Below are positions 1 through 9,671 of a stretch of 64,000 bases of DNA, in pieces. A program made the translations under genes and the position numbers. The stretch is from an uncultured Chloroflexota bacterium. Its GTDB lineage: Bacteria; Chloroflexota; Dehalococcoidia; Lucifugimonadales; UBA826. Below the pieces are notes generated by a model that saw only the letters and a list, made by a program, of their open reading frames with translations, searched no databases and was not told where the DNA came from. The DNA lies in contig CAJWWP010000003.1 of the NCBI GenBank assembly GCA_913048525.1, positions 7,190-71,189 of the forward strand, in the 5' to 3' direction. Numbering within the stretch: the stretch's first letter is position 1; the number at the start of each line of letters is the position of its first letter.

Positions 1-1
1 C

Positions 2-1150
2 GTGGGTCCAGATGTTCCTGTAGGGCTTAGTGTGGATATGCATGCAAACATTTCCAAAAAAATGGTTGAGAACACTGACGTACTTACCGTTTACCGTACG
101 AACCCCCACTTAGATGCCAAGGAACGTTCACAAGAGTGTGCAGATCTTATAGTCAAAACAATTAATGGGCAGATAGAACCGGTCATGTGGCTGGAGACAC
201 CCCCTATGGTGATAAACATTGTTAAACAATATACCGGGGATGAACCGATGAGATCCATAATGTCCAACCTTCTGGCAGTTCTTGAAAAACCGGGTGTGAT
301 CCATGGTAGTGTCGCTGAAGGCTATCCATACGCGGATGTACCTGAAATGGGCATGGGGTTTCTTACAGTTGTGGACTCTAAAGAAATAGGGAAAGATGAA
401 GCTAACAAGACTGCAAGAGAAGGAGCCCAGTGGATGGCTACCAGGGCCTGGGCAAAACGAGAGGATTTTAACAATGACATCCCAGACCCCGACCAGGCGC
501 TTCTATTTGCAGATGCCCAACACAATCCTGGGGATGCCCCTATCGTACTAATGGATGTAGGAGACAATATTGGTGCAGGCAGTAGTGCAGATTCTACTCA
601 CATTCTGGCAGAAGCCCAGAGATTAGGTATAGAAGGCTATTTACAGACCTTGTACGACCCTGCATCCGTTCAGGAGTGCATAGAAGCCGGTGTAGGATCT
701 GATGTCTCACTCAAAGTAGGGGGGAAAACAGATCATCTGCACGGATCCCCTATATCAATTGAAGGCAAAGTACGAACCTTGTTCAATGGAAAATTTGAAG
801 ACCACCGACCCACACATGGCGGATTTCAATTTTATGATGGAGGCTTAACAGCCGTGGTAGACACAACTGACAGGCACACCATTGTCTTGACCTCTCTGAG
901 GTGTGGAAATACAAGTCTTGAGCAGATGTACTCAGCCGGAGTAGACCCCACCAAATACAGAATGGTTGTGGCCAAAGGAGTGGTGTCTCCAAGACCAGCC
1001 TACCAGCCTATTGCCAAGGAGATAATCTTGGTGAATACCCCAGGTGTTACAACATCGGACCTCGAATATTTCGAATATCGCCGGAGACGAGGAAGTTTAT
1101 TTCCCTTCGATAGAAACGCAGACTACCTCCCAAGCAGACAAAACCAATGA
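2..1150 (+). CDS. MlrC/M81-family metallopeptidase, 5'-truncated by window edge
   Basis: Motifs DMHAN, YRTNPHLD, D-x-GDN-x-G-x-G and C-terminal TPGVT typical of MlrC-like proteins. Confidence 0.85.
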   Translation: MGPDVPVGLSVDMHANISKKMVENTDVLTVYRTNPHLDAKERSQECADLIVKTINGQIEPVMWLETPPMVINIVKQYTGDEPMRSIMSNLLAVLEKPGVIHGSVAEGYPYADVPEMGMGFLTVVDSKEIGKDEANKTAREGAQWMATRAWAKREDFNNDIPDPDQALLFADAQHNPGDAPIVLMDVGDNIGAGSSADSTHILAEAQRLGIEGYLQTLYDPASVQECIEAGVGSDVSLKVGGKTDHLHGSPISIEGKVRTLFNGKFEDHRPTHGGFQFYDGGLTAVVDTTDRHTIVLTSLRCGNTSLEQMYSAGVDPTKYRMVVAKGVVSPRPAYQPIAKEIILVNTPGVTTSDLEYFEYRRRRGSLFPFDRNADYLPSRQNQ

Positions 1151-2754
1151 GATACGATTACATAGTGGTCGGTGCAGGTTCAGCAGGAGCAATAGTGGCC
1201 TCCCGACTATCAGAAGACCCAACAGTATCAGTTCTTCTTTTGGAGGGAGGGCCAGATTACCCGGACTTCGACAACCTTCCTGACGATGTTAAGTACGGAT
1301 ATTCGACCGGTACAGACCTGGCCGTTGAAGATCGGCACGACTGGGGGTACACGGCCAGAGTCTCAGATAATTATGAAGCCACTTCTTTACCCGAAACAGA
1401 AGAAAATCTAGAAGACCGCATGTTACGGATGCCCCGGGGGAAAATTACGGGTGGGACGAGTTCAATTAACGGGCAAATTTTTCTAAGGGGTCTAACCCAT
1501 GACTTCGAACTCTGGGAGAGCATGGGTATACAGGGTTGGGACTACGAAAGCGTCTTACCATACTTTCGAAAACTCGAAACTGACACGAACTTCGGTGGAG
1601 ATTTTCACGGCAAGGAGGGGCCTATCGTTGCTCACAGATTTCCAGAAAGTAAATGGACTGCCCCTCAAAAAGGATTTGAGGCCGCATGCCGCTCTCTCGG
1701 CTATCCTTACACAGCAGACCTTAATCTCCCCGATGCAAACGGTGTAGGTCCTTTCCCCTGTAACAATCCCCGTGGAATCCGAATGAGTACGGCTCTAGGC
1801 TACCTTGCTCCTGCAAGACATCGACTGAACCTCACGATAAAAGCAAACTGTAGGGTAGAGCGTTTCATACTGGACCGTTCCCGTATTTCCTCTGTCCAAG
1901 TGGAAAGCAACGGTGAATTATTCACCGCAGATAGTGAAATCTTTGTTCTGTCCGCAGGTTCGTTGGCAAATCCCCGAATACTGATGCACTCCGGCATAGG
2001 TCCTGCCGATCATCTCCAAGACCATGGCCTGACAACCCTGGTTAACCTTCCTGGAGTAGGGGATAACCTTCGTGATCATCCTCAGAACTTCGTTAACGCA
2101 ACTGTAACCGATGTTGAGTCACTCGACACAACCGCCCCTAGATTGCAGGTGGGACTTCGTTTCACAGCCACCGACTCAGATATGCCTGATGACATGCTCA
2201 TGTGGATGTGCTCCTATGCAACAGATGGAGACTACCGAGATTTAATTCCCTCGTTACAGCCGACGGAGATAGAAAAAAATATAACAGGAATCCAGATAAC
2301 TATTTCCCTTTATCTGGCAACAAGTAAAGGTAGCGTCCGACTACGTTCTTCGAATCCATCTGATATGCCAAATATTACGCTTAATCTTCTCAAAACAGAT
2401 ACAGACGTCGACAAAATGGCAGACGGAGTCCGGATTGCATCCTCAATCATGGATAACACAGAGCTTGCTGAAATAGTTCGCCAAAGGACGTCACCCACGG
2501 ATGAAATATTATCATCCGACAGATCTCTCTATTCGTGGCTGAGGGCTAACACAACTACGGGCAACCATCTAACAAGTACATGTGCTATGGGTTCAGATTC
2601 AAATCCTATGACAGTCGTTGATAACAGGTGCAAAGTTCTGGGTGTAGATAACCTTTATATCGCTGATGCGTCAGTTATGCCAGAATGTGTGAGGGCGAAC
2701 ACCAACACGACTACAATGATGGTAGGCGAAAGAGTAGCAAATTTTCTTAGTTAA
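1147..2754 (+). CDS. GMC family FAD oxidoreductase (choline dehydrogenase-like)
   Basis: YDYIVVGAGSAG Rossmann motif, GGTSSING, GDNLRDHP, C-terminal H...N catalytic pair (GNHLTSTCAMG, RANTN); ATGA overlap with upstream gene. Confidence 0.92.
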   Translation: MRYDYIVVGAGSAGAIVASRLSEDPTVSVLLLEGGPDYPDFDNLPDDVKYGYSTGTDLAVEDRHDWGYTARVSDNYEATSLPETEENLEDRMLRMPRGKITGGTSSINGQIFLRGLTHDFELWESMGIQGWDYESVLPYFRKLETDTNFGGDFHGKEGPIVAHRFPESKWTAPQKGFEAACRSLGYPYTADLNLPDANGVGPFPCNNPRGIRMSTALGYLAPARHRLNLTIKANCRVERFILDRSRISSVQVESNGELFTADSEIFVLSAGSLANPRILMHSGIGPADHLQDHGLTTLVNLPGVGDNLRDHPQNFVNATVTDVESLDTTAPRLQVGLRFTATDSDMPDDMLMWMCSYATDGDYRDLIPSLQPTEIEKNITGIQITISLYLATSKGSVRLRSSNPSDMPNITLNLLKTDTDVDKMADGVRIASSIMDNTELAEIVRQRTSPTDEILSSDRSLYSWLRANTTTGNHLTSTCAMGSDSNPMTVVDNRCKVLGVDNLYIADASVMPECVRANTNTTTMMVGERVANFLS

Positions 2755-2774
2755 CGAGAAAAAAGGAGTTTTAG

Positions 2775-3350
2775 ATGGCACAACGAACTGATGAAGACAT
2801 CAAGGAAAAATTCGATAACTCCTTCACGCGCAAATTCGGCTTCCCGATGAGAAGGCCGGTTGACAAAATTATGGATGAACTAAGACCCACACACATTGAG
2901 TTTATCCAGCAATCGCCATTTTGTGTCATGGCTACATCCGACACCACGGGTCGCTGTGACGCCTCACCAAAGGGAGGGTTACCGGGTTTTATAAAGGTTC
3001 TCAACACTCGCCAAATTCTAATTCCGGATGTTGCAGGAAACCGACTTTTCCAATCCTACCAAAACACTTCTGAAAATCCCCATATCGGTCTTATATTCTT
3101 TATTCCAGGGGTAAATGAAACCGTACGTGTGAATGGTTCCGTAGAAATTGTGTCTGAACAAGAATTAAAGCGACTCGAAATTGAGCTGGAAGTGCAAAAC
3201 CCAGATGAAAAGGCGAAGGTACTACAGGGTATGCTCGTCACAATCGGTGAAGCATACGGGCACTGCCCCAGAGCCTTTACATTTGCTGACCTCTGGGACA
3301 AAGACCAAATTGACGCAAACTCAGGAACACCCAAAAAACTTAACGACTGA
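2775..3350 (+). CDS. Pyridoxamine 5'-phosphate oxidase-like FMN-binding protein (MSMEG_1061-like)
   Basis: FIQQSPF, CDASPKGG-PGF, IPD-GNR, ETVRVNG, HCPRA motifs; AAGGAG RBS. Confidence 0.85.
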   Translation: MAQRTDEDIKEKFDNSFTRKFGFPMRRPVDKIMDELRPTHIEFIQQSPFCVMATSDTTGRCDASPKGGLPGFIKVLNTRQILIPDVAGNRLFQSYQNTSENPHIGLIFFIPGVNETVRVNGSVEIVSEQELKRLEIELEVQNPDEKAKVLQGMLVTIGEAYGHCPRAFTFADLWDKDQIDANSGTPKKLND

Positions 3351-3474
3351 GAGAGCAATCTTACAAAGAACTTTCCAATAGATGCACTGTACTGGTTCTC
3401 GCCAGTACTGCTATCCTGTAGAACCATGTTATTAACAACTCGAAATAGTCATAAGTAATGACGGAGATTCGACT

Positions 3475-4872
3475 ATGGTGCTAACTAAAGCGGACACCAA
3501 AATAGATCTAATGGCCCACCTTATGAGAAGAGCTGGTTTCGGTGCTTCTCGTGAAGAACTGGAAATGCGATCCCAAATCGGATACGAAAAAACTGTAGAG
3601 GAACTGCTCACCCCCTCTTCTCAAGATCCCGTCGATCGGTACCAGTTTCTCAGGTATTATCCTATGTGGTGGAAGCCTGGGACGATGGGAGGACTGGGAC
3701 AGGCGGAATGGGTATGGACCATGATCAGTACCCCAGCTCCATTGCAGGAAAAAATGTGTCTTTTCTACCACAATATCTTTGCTACAGGAGTGGCCAAAGT
3801 CGACCATTACGACGAAATCCAAGACATGATCGACATGTTCCGTCAAAAAGGTCTAGGAAACTATAAAGAAATTCTTATGGAGGTGGCGAAAAGCCCCGCC
3901 ATGATCTACTGGCTTGATAATAATGAGAATCACGCGGACTCTGTTAACGAAAACTGGGGTAGGGAACTTCTCGAATTATTCACCATGGGAGTCGGAAACT
4001 ATACAGAGGCTGATGTGCGTGAATGTTCCAGGGCATTCACCGGCTGGACACTTGAACATAAATTACCTCGATTCCACATGGGCAGGTGGGACTGGGAATT
4101 TAAATTCATCCCTGAAGACCACGATTACACTGAGAAGGAATTCTTGGGCCACTCTGGAAACTTCGATGGAGAGGAAGTCATCGACATCATTCTCTCAAAG
4201 CCAGCCACTGCTCAGTTCATCGCGCGTCACCTATACAGCTTTTTTGTCGCAGACGAACCTCAGGTACCAGCATGGTCTGTTATATCTCCAAATGATCCGG
4301 AAGCAGTAAACTTTCTTGCTGACGCTTTGATCACCTCCGACTACCACATGGGTACCGTACTTAAGAAACTTTTTAAAAGCGAATTCTTTAAAGAACAGCG
4401 ATTTTCCAGAGTCAAGAACCCAACAGAGGTGGTAATTAGCACCCTCAGACTAGTGGGAGGAACAGACAGACCTTCTCCAGAAACGTTGGACTGGACAGGA
4501 CAGATTGCCTACATGGGTCAAGACCTTTTAAATCCCCCTAGCGTTGAAGGCTGGCATAACGGTATTGAATGGATAAACAGTGGAACCCTGATGAAGAGAA
4601 CTAATTTCGTCTCAGAACTCATATCCGACACACTACGTCCGGGAGTGAGACAGATTATCGACCGTATAAAAATTGCCGGGACAAACCCAGCAGACATCGT
4701 AGACACATGCTTAGATATCATGGGCCCCATGGAAGTTTCCGACCAAACTCGATCAGAACTGGTTGACCACTCTGAGAAAGAGGGAGACTTCAGTTGGAAC
4801 ACCACTGGGGAGGAAAGATTAATAGAACTTCTCCAGCTGCTTGTCGCAACCCGTGAATATCAATTCGCTTAA
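3475..4872 (+). CDS. DUF1800 family protein
   Basis: AHLMRRAGFG, WLDN...NENWGRELLELFTMG, PPSVEGW motifs. Confidence 0.9.
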   Translation: MVLTKADTKIDLMAHLMRRAGFGASREELEMRSQIGYEKTVEELLTPSSQDPVDRYQFLRYYPMWWKPGTMGGLGQAEWVWTMISTPAPLQEKMCLFYHNIFATGVAKVDHYDEIQDMIDMFRQKGLGNYKEILMEVAKSPAMIYWLDNNENHADSVNENWGRELLELFTMGVGNYTEADVRECSRAFTGWTLEHKLPRFHMGRWDWEFKFIPEDHDYTEKEFLGHSGNFDGEEVIDIILSKPATAQFIARHLYSFFVADEPQVPAWSVISPNDPEAVNFLADALITSDYHMGTVLKKLFKSEFFKEQRFSRVKNPTEVVISTLRLVGGTDRPSPETLDWTGQIAYMGQDLLNPPSVEGWHNGIEWINSGTLMKRTNFVSELISDTLRPGVRQIIDRIKIAGTNPADIVDTCLDIMGPMEVSDQTRSELVDHSEKEGDFSWNTTGEERLIELLQLLVATREYQFA

Positions 4873-4937
4873 ACCTTATATACTTACAGGCCTTATAGGT
4901 TGAGTTTTGTAAAGTAACTCATTCAAGGAAGATATAT

Positions 4938-6065
4938 ATGACGGACTCCACCAAAGACCCGGTTATTGTTGTCCTGCAATTGAGCGGTGGCAATGACTAT
5001 ATGAATACCGTCGTTCCTCACTCCAATTCACAGTACAGAGACTATCGTCCGAACGTGAATATCGCTGAGCATGAAGTATTACGTCTTAATAACGAAATCG
5101 GATTTCATCCATCAATGACACCACTTGCAGAAATGTATCGGGAGGGAAACGTGGCGATTATCCACGGAGTTGGATATGAGAATTCTCCTCGTTCTCATTT
5201 TCGCTCGATGGATATATGGCACACATGCGAACCGGAAACCCTGGGCACCGAAGGATGGCTCGGTAGAGCTGTAAACCATATTGATCCAAACAAGGAAAAT
5301 GTAGTCACAGCGGTCAGTATGGGACCTTCTCTTTTTCGAGCGTTGGTTGCCCCCGGCGTGCCAGTCGCAACAGTAGAGAATCTTGACAATTACGGTCTCT
5401 TAACAGATATATCACCCGAGGAGAAAAGGGACCGCGTTCTGGATCGGTACAAGCGAATATACTCCCCAATGATAGGTTCTGGACCAGTCATGGATTTCCT
5501 GGGACAGACAGGTCTTGACGCACTGAAGGGGGCGGACATATTAAATATCGCACCAGAAAAGTACTCCTCAACTGTAGAATACGGAGATAGCTCCATATCG
5601 AAAAAATTAAGAAGTATCGCCCAAATTCATCTCGCAGAACTTGGAACACGCGTTTTTTACTGTGACCTAGGCAGTTTTGACACGCACGCTGACCAACTTG
5701 CAACGCATGACAAGCTATGGACAGCAGCCTCAGGCGCAATTCGTGACTTCTTTGACGATCTCGAGGAGCACAACGCAGCGGACAACGTAACGATGTTTTT
5801 ATTCTCGGAGTTTGGTCGTCGAGTCTATGATAACGGAGCAGGAACAGATCACGGTGCCGGAGGGGTCTGCCTAGCTATTGGAAAGCAAGTTAAGGGTGGA
5901 GAATACGGACGATACCCATCGATGAAAGAGTCAGATCTGGACCAGGGAGACCTCGTACCCAATCTGGATTTCCGTGGTGTTTATACCACATTAGTTGAAG
6001 ATTGGATGAAACTAGATCCTGTACCTATAGTTGGTGGTCAGTTTGAGAAGCCCACGTTTATATAG
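4938..6065 (+). CDS. DUF1501 family protein
   Basis: VVLQLSGGND, RSHFRS, FDTH, SEFGRR, GTDHG motifs; follows DUF1800 as usual. Confidence 0.9.
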   Translation: MTDSTKDPVIVVLQLSGGNDYMNTVVPHSNSQYRDYRPNVNIAEHEVLRLNNEIGFHPSMTPLAEMYREGNVAIIHGVGYENSPRSHFRSMDIWHTCEPETLGTEGWLGRAVNHIDPNKENVVTAVSMGPSLFRALVAPGVPVATVENLDNYGLLTDISPEEKRDRVLDRYKRIYSPMIGSGPVMDFLGQTGLDALKGADILNIAPEKYSSTVEYGDSSISKKLRSIAQIHLAELGTRVFYCDLGSFDTHADQLATHDKLWTAASGAIRDFFDDLEEHNAADNVTMFLFSEFGRRVYDNGAGTDHGAGGVCLAIGKQVKGGEYGRYPSMKESDLDQGDLVPNLDFRGVYTTLVEDWMKLDPVPIVGGQFEKPTFI

Positions 6066-6102
6066 CCGTTTAAATACATTGACCCGGTAGAGAAATAGCA
6101 AA

Positions 6103-7098
6103 ATGTTAACGACTTCAGTAAAGGGAAGAGCCCTAGATTACTCTCGAGTAGTCGGTGGAAGAGCTTTCCGTGGCATCGTATACGTAGAATTCGGCGACGG
6201 CGACGAGATTTACGTGGTTACTCGAGACTCATACGCTTCCGGGATAGCAAAAATCACCATAGGGCCCGAAATCGATGACGAGGAAGAAGTATTTACATTT
6301 GCCAATATCTCTGAGGGTATCTTCGACGATTCATGGCCGACTTGCGCTGTTTTTAATGGTGGGAAACTATATGTAACTGATGAATTGAAAAATTGCGTCC
6401 GGGTTTTTGACTCAGAAGGGAATCTCCTAACGGAGTTCGGGAAAGCAGGAGACAAACACGGTGAATTTGACCGCCCTTCTGGAATCACCAGCGATTCAAA
6501 CAACAACATATTTGTAAGCGACACTTTAAACCACAGAGTTCAAAAATTCTCCTCAGACGGCACTTTTATCACTGAGTTTGGTTCATACGGAGTTGGCCGA
6601 GGCCAACTCAACTCCCCCTGGGGGATGTCACTAGACAATTCGGGAAATTTGCTGGTAGCAGACCACCTCAATAACCGGGTTCAAAAATTCTCTCCTGATG
6701 GAAACCATATAAACACATTCGGGAATGATGGTACCGAAGCTGAAACACTAAACCACCCCTCAGACATCACTATTGACCCAGATGGTGACATTTATGTTTC
6801 AGACTGGGCAAACGACAGAGTCCAAGTATTTGACAGGGATGGCATCCATATAACCGCTGTCTACGGAGCCGCGTTCGAACTTTCAAAGTGGCAGCAGCAA
6901 TATGTCAGAGGTAACCCCGATGTGTACAAGGCTCGCCGCCGGGTTGCAACATTGGAGCCAGAGAAATGGTTTGCGCTACCCACAGGCGTAGCCTATGACG
7001 CTAAGAAGTCTAGATTACTGGTAGTCGATTCACAGCGATGGAGAATCCAAATCTTTGATAAGTTAACAAATTATTCGGATCCGCAGTTCAACATCTAG
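6103..7098 (+). CDS. NHL-repeat beta-propeller protein
   Basis: Repeated P-x-G/D-I...V-x-D-x-x-N-x-RVQ-x-F units. Confidence 0.88.
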   Translation: MLTTSVKGRALDYSRVVGGRAFRGIVYVEFGDGDEIYVVTRDSYASGIAKITIGPEIDDEEEVFTFANISEGIFDDSWPTCAVFNGGKLYVTDELKNCVRVFDSEGNLLTEFGKAGDKHGEFDRPSGITSDSNNNIFVSDTLNHRVQKFSSDGTFITEFGSYGVGRGQLNSPWGMSLDNSGNLLVADHLNNRVQKFSPDGNHINTFGNDGTEAETLNHPSDITIDPDGDIYVSDWANDRVQVFDRDGIHITAVYGAAFELSKWQQQYVRGNPDVYKARRRVATLEPEKWFALPTGVAYDAKKSRLLVVDSQRWRIQIFDKLTNYSDPQFNI

Positions 7099-7107
7099 TT
7101 CGTCCCG

Positions 7108-7488
7108 CTAGCAGTCTGCCTTTACAGATACAATCTCTCCCGTATCCTCGTAATACCGCCAGAAAGCACCAGACAGTTGATCCGTAACGGTCCATTCGTG
7201 ACCTTCCCTGTAGTGATGGTCATTCGTCCACGGCATTCGCATCCAAACCGCCTCAAACCGGTGAGCGTTTTTCAAATACATATCTCCATTAGAACATTCT
7301 TCTTCCAAAAATTTCCTTACCTGAAATAAGGCTTCGGAACGGGGTTTTCGAGGAGTATTTTCTGCTACAGCTGTGGCCTGAGTTTCCGCACTAGTTGCCA
7401 AGCTTATCTCTGTAAACGGAATTCTACCGTAGGAACCAACAAGTATAATTGCAACGGCTATTGCCCCTACGATGAACCATTTAAGCAA
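7108..7488 (-). CDS. Hypothetical protein with N-terminal signal/anchor
   Basis: 126-aa ORF with hydrophobic N-terminus, downstream of the ABC permeases on the same strand. Confidence 0.6.
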   Translation of the reverse strand: MLKWFIVGAIAVAIILVGSYGRIPFTEISLATSAETQATAVAENTPRKPRSEALFQVRKFLEEECSNGDMYLKNAHRFEAVWMRMPWTNDHHYREGHEWTVTDQLSGAFWRYYEDTGEIVSVKADC

Positions 7489-7603
7489 CCTATTTTACCA
7501 CCTCTGCTAAGCGGTTCTTTCATGCGATGGTGACTAAACAACTCTCTCCACAAAACAAAACCGCAGCGTTAAGAATCGACCAACAAAATTGTGGTCAAAA
7601 CAA

Positions 7604-8584
7604 TTATATCTGTCTCAGCCTCGGGTCCCAACGATCACGAAGCCAGTCCCCACAAAAGTTGAAGGACAGCACGGTCAGGAAAATAGCCATTCCTGGGAAG
7701 AAAGCGACCCACCAAGCGGAGCCGAGATACTCCCTTCCATTGGAAATATCAGCACCCCAGGATGGAGTTGGTGGAGGAACGCCTGCACCCAAAAACGATA
7801 GAATGCTCTCCGACAAAATGGTGTTGCCCACTTGCAACGTAGTCGCGACAATCACAGTGCTACTAACAGCAGGCAGTAAGTGCTTCAACATAAGCCTTGG
7901 TGTCGAAGCACCAGCAACACGTGCCAACGCGATGAAGTCAAAGCTCCTGACCTGCAATGTCTGCCCTCGCACCAAACGGGCTATCCCGGCCCATGCTCCC
8001 AGTGCCAAAACAAAGGCTACGACTGTAAAACTCTGTCCCAACACAAAGACGAGTGCTATTGCCAACAGTAGATAGGGAATAGCGTTAAACACATCGACAA
8101 TACGCATTATTACTTCATCGATAATGCCACCGTAGTAACCGGCAACTAGCCCCACCAAGGTGCCAAAAACGGTCCCAACACATATAGCTACTGCCGCAAG
8201 ACTGAGAGACAATCTGGCCCCGAAGATGATCCTGCTAAGAAGGTCACGGCCAAGCTGATCCGCACCCAAAAGGAAGTGGTAAACTTTTTCATCCCTTCCG
8301 AGTGGAACGCCATTTGTATTACAAGCTTCAAACTTATTTGATAATTGACCCTCCTCGCAGGGCTCCGCCCAGGCAGGGCTGGCCAAAACAGCCCTCAATT
8401 GATCTTTTTCTGGTTCATAAGGAGCAATCAACGGAGCGAAAATCGCACAGATAATCAAAGTACCAAGAATGATAAATGGAATTAGAGGCCATCGCCTAAG
8501 TACATAAATAGTTCTATTCAGGAAGGATTCCCTATTCACATCTTGCAATTCTTCCAGTGTTCGCTGGCCAGCAGGAGTTGTCAA
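7604..8584 (-). CDS. Peptide/nickel ABC transporter permease (DppC/OppC type)
   Basis: LLGADQLGRDLLSR, ESILSFLG-G-PPP-PSWG, GDWLRD motifs. Confidence 0.92.
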   Translation of the reverse strand: MTTPAGQRTLEELQDVNRESFLNRTIYVLRRWPLIPFIILGTLIICAIFAPLIAPYEPEKDQLRAVLASPAWAEPCEEGQLSNKFEACNTNGVPLGRDEKVYHFLLGADQLGRDLLSRIIFGARLSLSLAAVAICVGTVFGTLVGLVAGYYGGIIDEVIMRIVDVFNAIPYLLLAIALVFVLGQSFTVVAFVLALGAWAGIARLVRGQTLQVRSFDFIALARVAGASTPRLMLKHLLPAVSSTVIVATTLQVGNTILSESILSFLGAGVPPPTPSWGADISNGREYLGSAWWVAFFPGMAIFLTVLSFNFCGDWLRDRWDPRLRQI

Positions 8585-8593
8585 AATAAATCC

Positions 8594-9541
8594 TTAGTTA
8601 TACCGGATTCTTGGGTCAATAAAGGCATACAGAATATCTATTACAAAAACGGCAAAGACGTAAACAACGGTAAACACAAGAACTGCACCAGTCATGAGGG
8701 GGAAATCATTGTTTAAAATAGACGTATAAGTCATCATGCCAAGCCCTGGCCAGGCGAAAACGGTCTCGGTTACAACTGTTCCACCTATAAAGCCGACGAG
8801 AATCAAGGCGGAGAAAGTTAGTGGGGGAATAAGGGCATTTTTAAACGCGTGTTTCCAGATGACTGAAGTATTTCCAACACCTTTGGCGCGAGCTAATTTA
8901 ATAAATTCAGAGTCAAGAACGTCCAACATAGAAGATCTAACCAGTCGCATCAATCCCGCAGAGGCCAGCCACCCCAAAGTAACGGCCGGCATTATAAAGT
9001 GCTTGGTTTTCTCAAAAGCATTGGCCGCATCATGTCCACGCGTGCCCGACGGCAACCAGTCCAAATTTACCGAAAAAACGAGTATAAGCATTATTCCTAA
9101 CCAGAATGGAGGTAATGCCTGCCCAAAGACAGCAAAGGTCCTTCCGAATGCATCAAGAAGTGTCCCTCGCTTTACAGCTGACAAAATCCCGATCGGAATT
9201 CCAGTTATAAGAACGAATAGAGTCGCCGACAGCCCAAGTTGTATGCTAGCAGGTGCAAAATGTTTAACCATTTCCAGTACTGGTAGTCCAGTTTTCAGGG
9301 AAGTTCCAAAATCTCCCTGAAAAATCCCTTTGCCAATCCAAATCAAATACTGAACTACTACTGGCTTATCGAGATGAAAATCCTTTCCCCAGGCCTCCCA
9401 CTGCTCCGGCGAGACATATCCAACATTAAGCATTACATTACGGGGATCCCCCTGTAGACGGGAGAGAGCGAACACAATGAGCGTCGCAGCAAAGATCGCC
9501 AATATCAAAAAGACAAACCGGCGAATTATAAATCTTGTCAT
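8594..9541 (-). CDS. Peptide/nickel ABC transporter permease (DppB/OppB type)
   Basis: ARAKG EAA loop, KHAFKNA, ETVFAWPGLG, DPRIRY. Confidence 0.92.
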   Translation of the reverse strand: MTRFIIRRFVFLILAIFAATLIVFALSRLQGDPRNVMLNVGYVSPEQWEAWGKDFHLDKPVVVQYLIWIGKGIFQGDFGTSLKTGLPVLEMVKHFAPASIQLGLSATLFVLITGIPIGILSAVKRGTLLDAFGRTFAVFGQALPPFWLGIMLILVFSVNLDWLPSGTRGHDAANAFEKTKHFIMPAVTLGWLASAGLMRLVRSSMLDVLDSEFIKLARAKGVGNTSVIWKHAFKNALIPPLTFSALILVGFIGGTVVTETVFAWPGLGMMTYTSILNNDFPLMTGAVLVFTVVYVFAVFVIDILYAFIDPRIRYN

Positions 9542-9552
9542 CAACTATCCCT

Positions 9553-9639
9553 CGACAGGTACCGCTCGGAGACCTGTCGTTCTAATCAAACAACGCAACA
9601 TGTCGGCGCCCCTCCGCTCCGCGAAGGAAACGCCGACAT
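9553..9639 (-). terminator. Two intercistronic stem-loops between the binding-protein gene and the permeases (mRNA stabiliser or partial terminator)
   Basis: Inverted repeats CGACAGGT/ACCTGTCG (9553-9579) and ATGTCGGCG/CGCCGACAT (9600-9639). Confidence 0.55.
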
Positions 9640-9671
9640 ACTAATACCCTGCGCAGTGCAGGTAATTAAAT

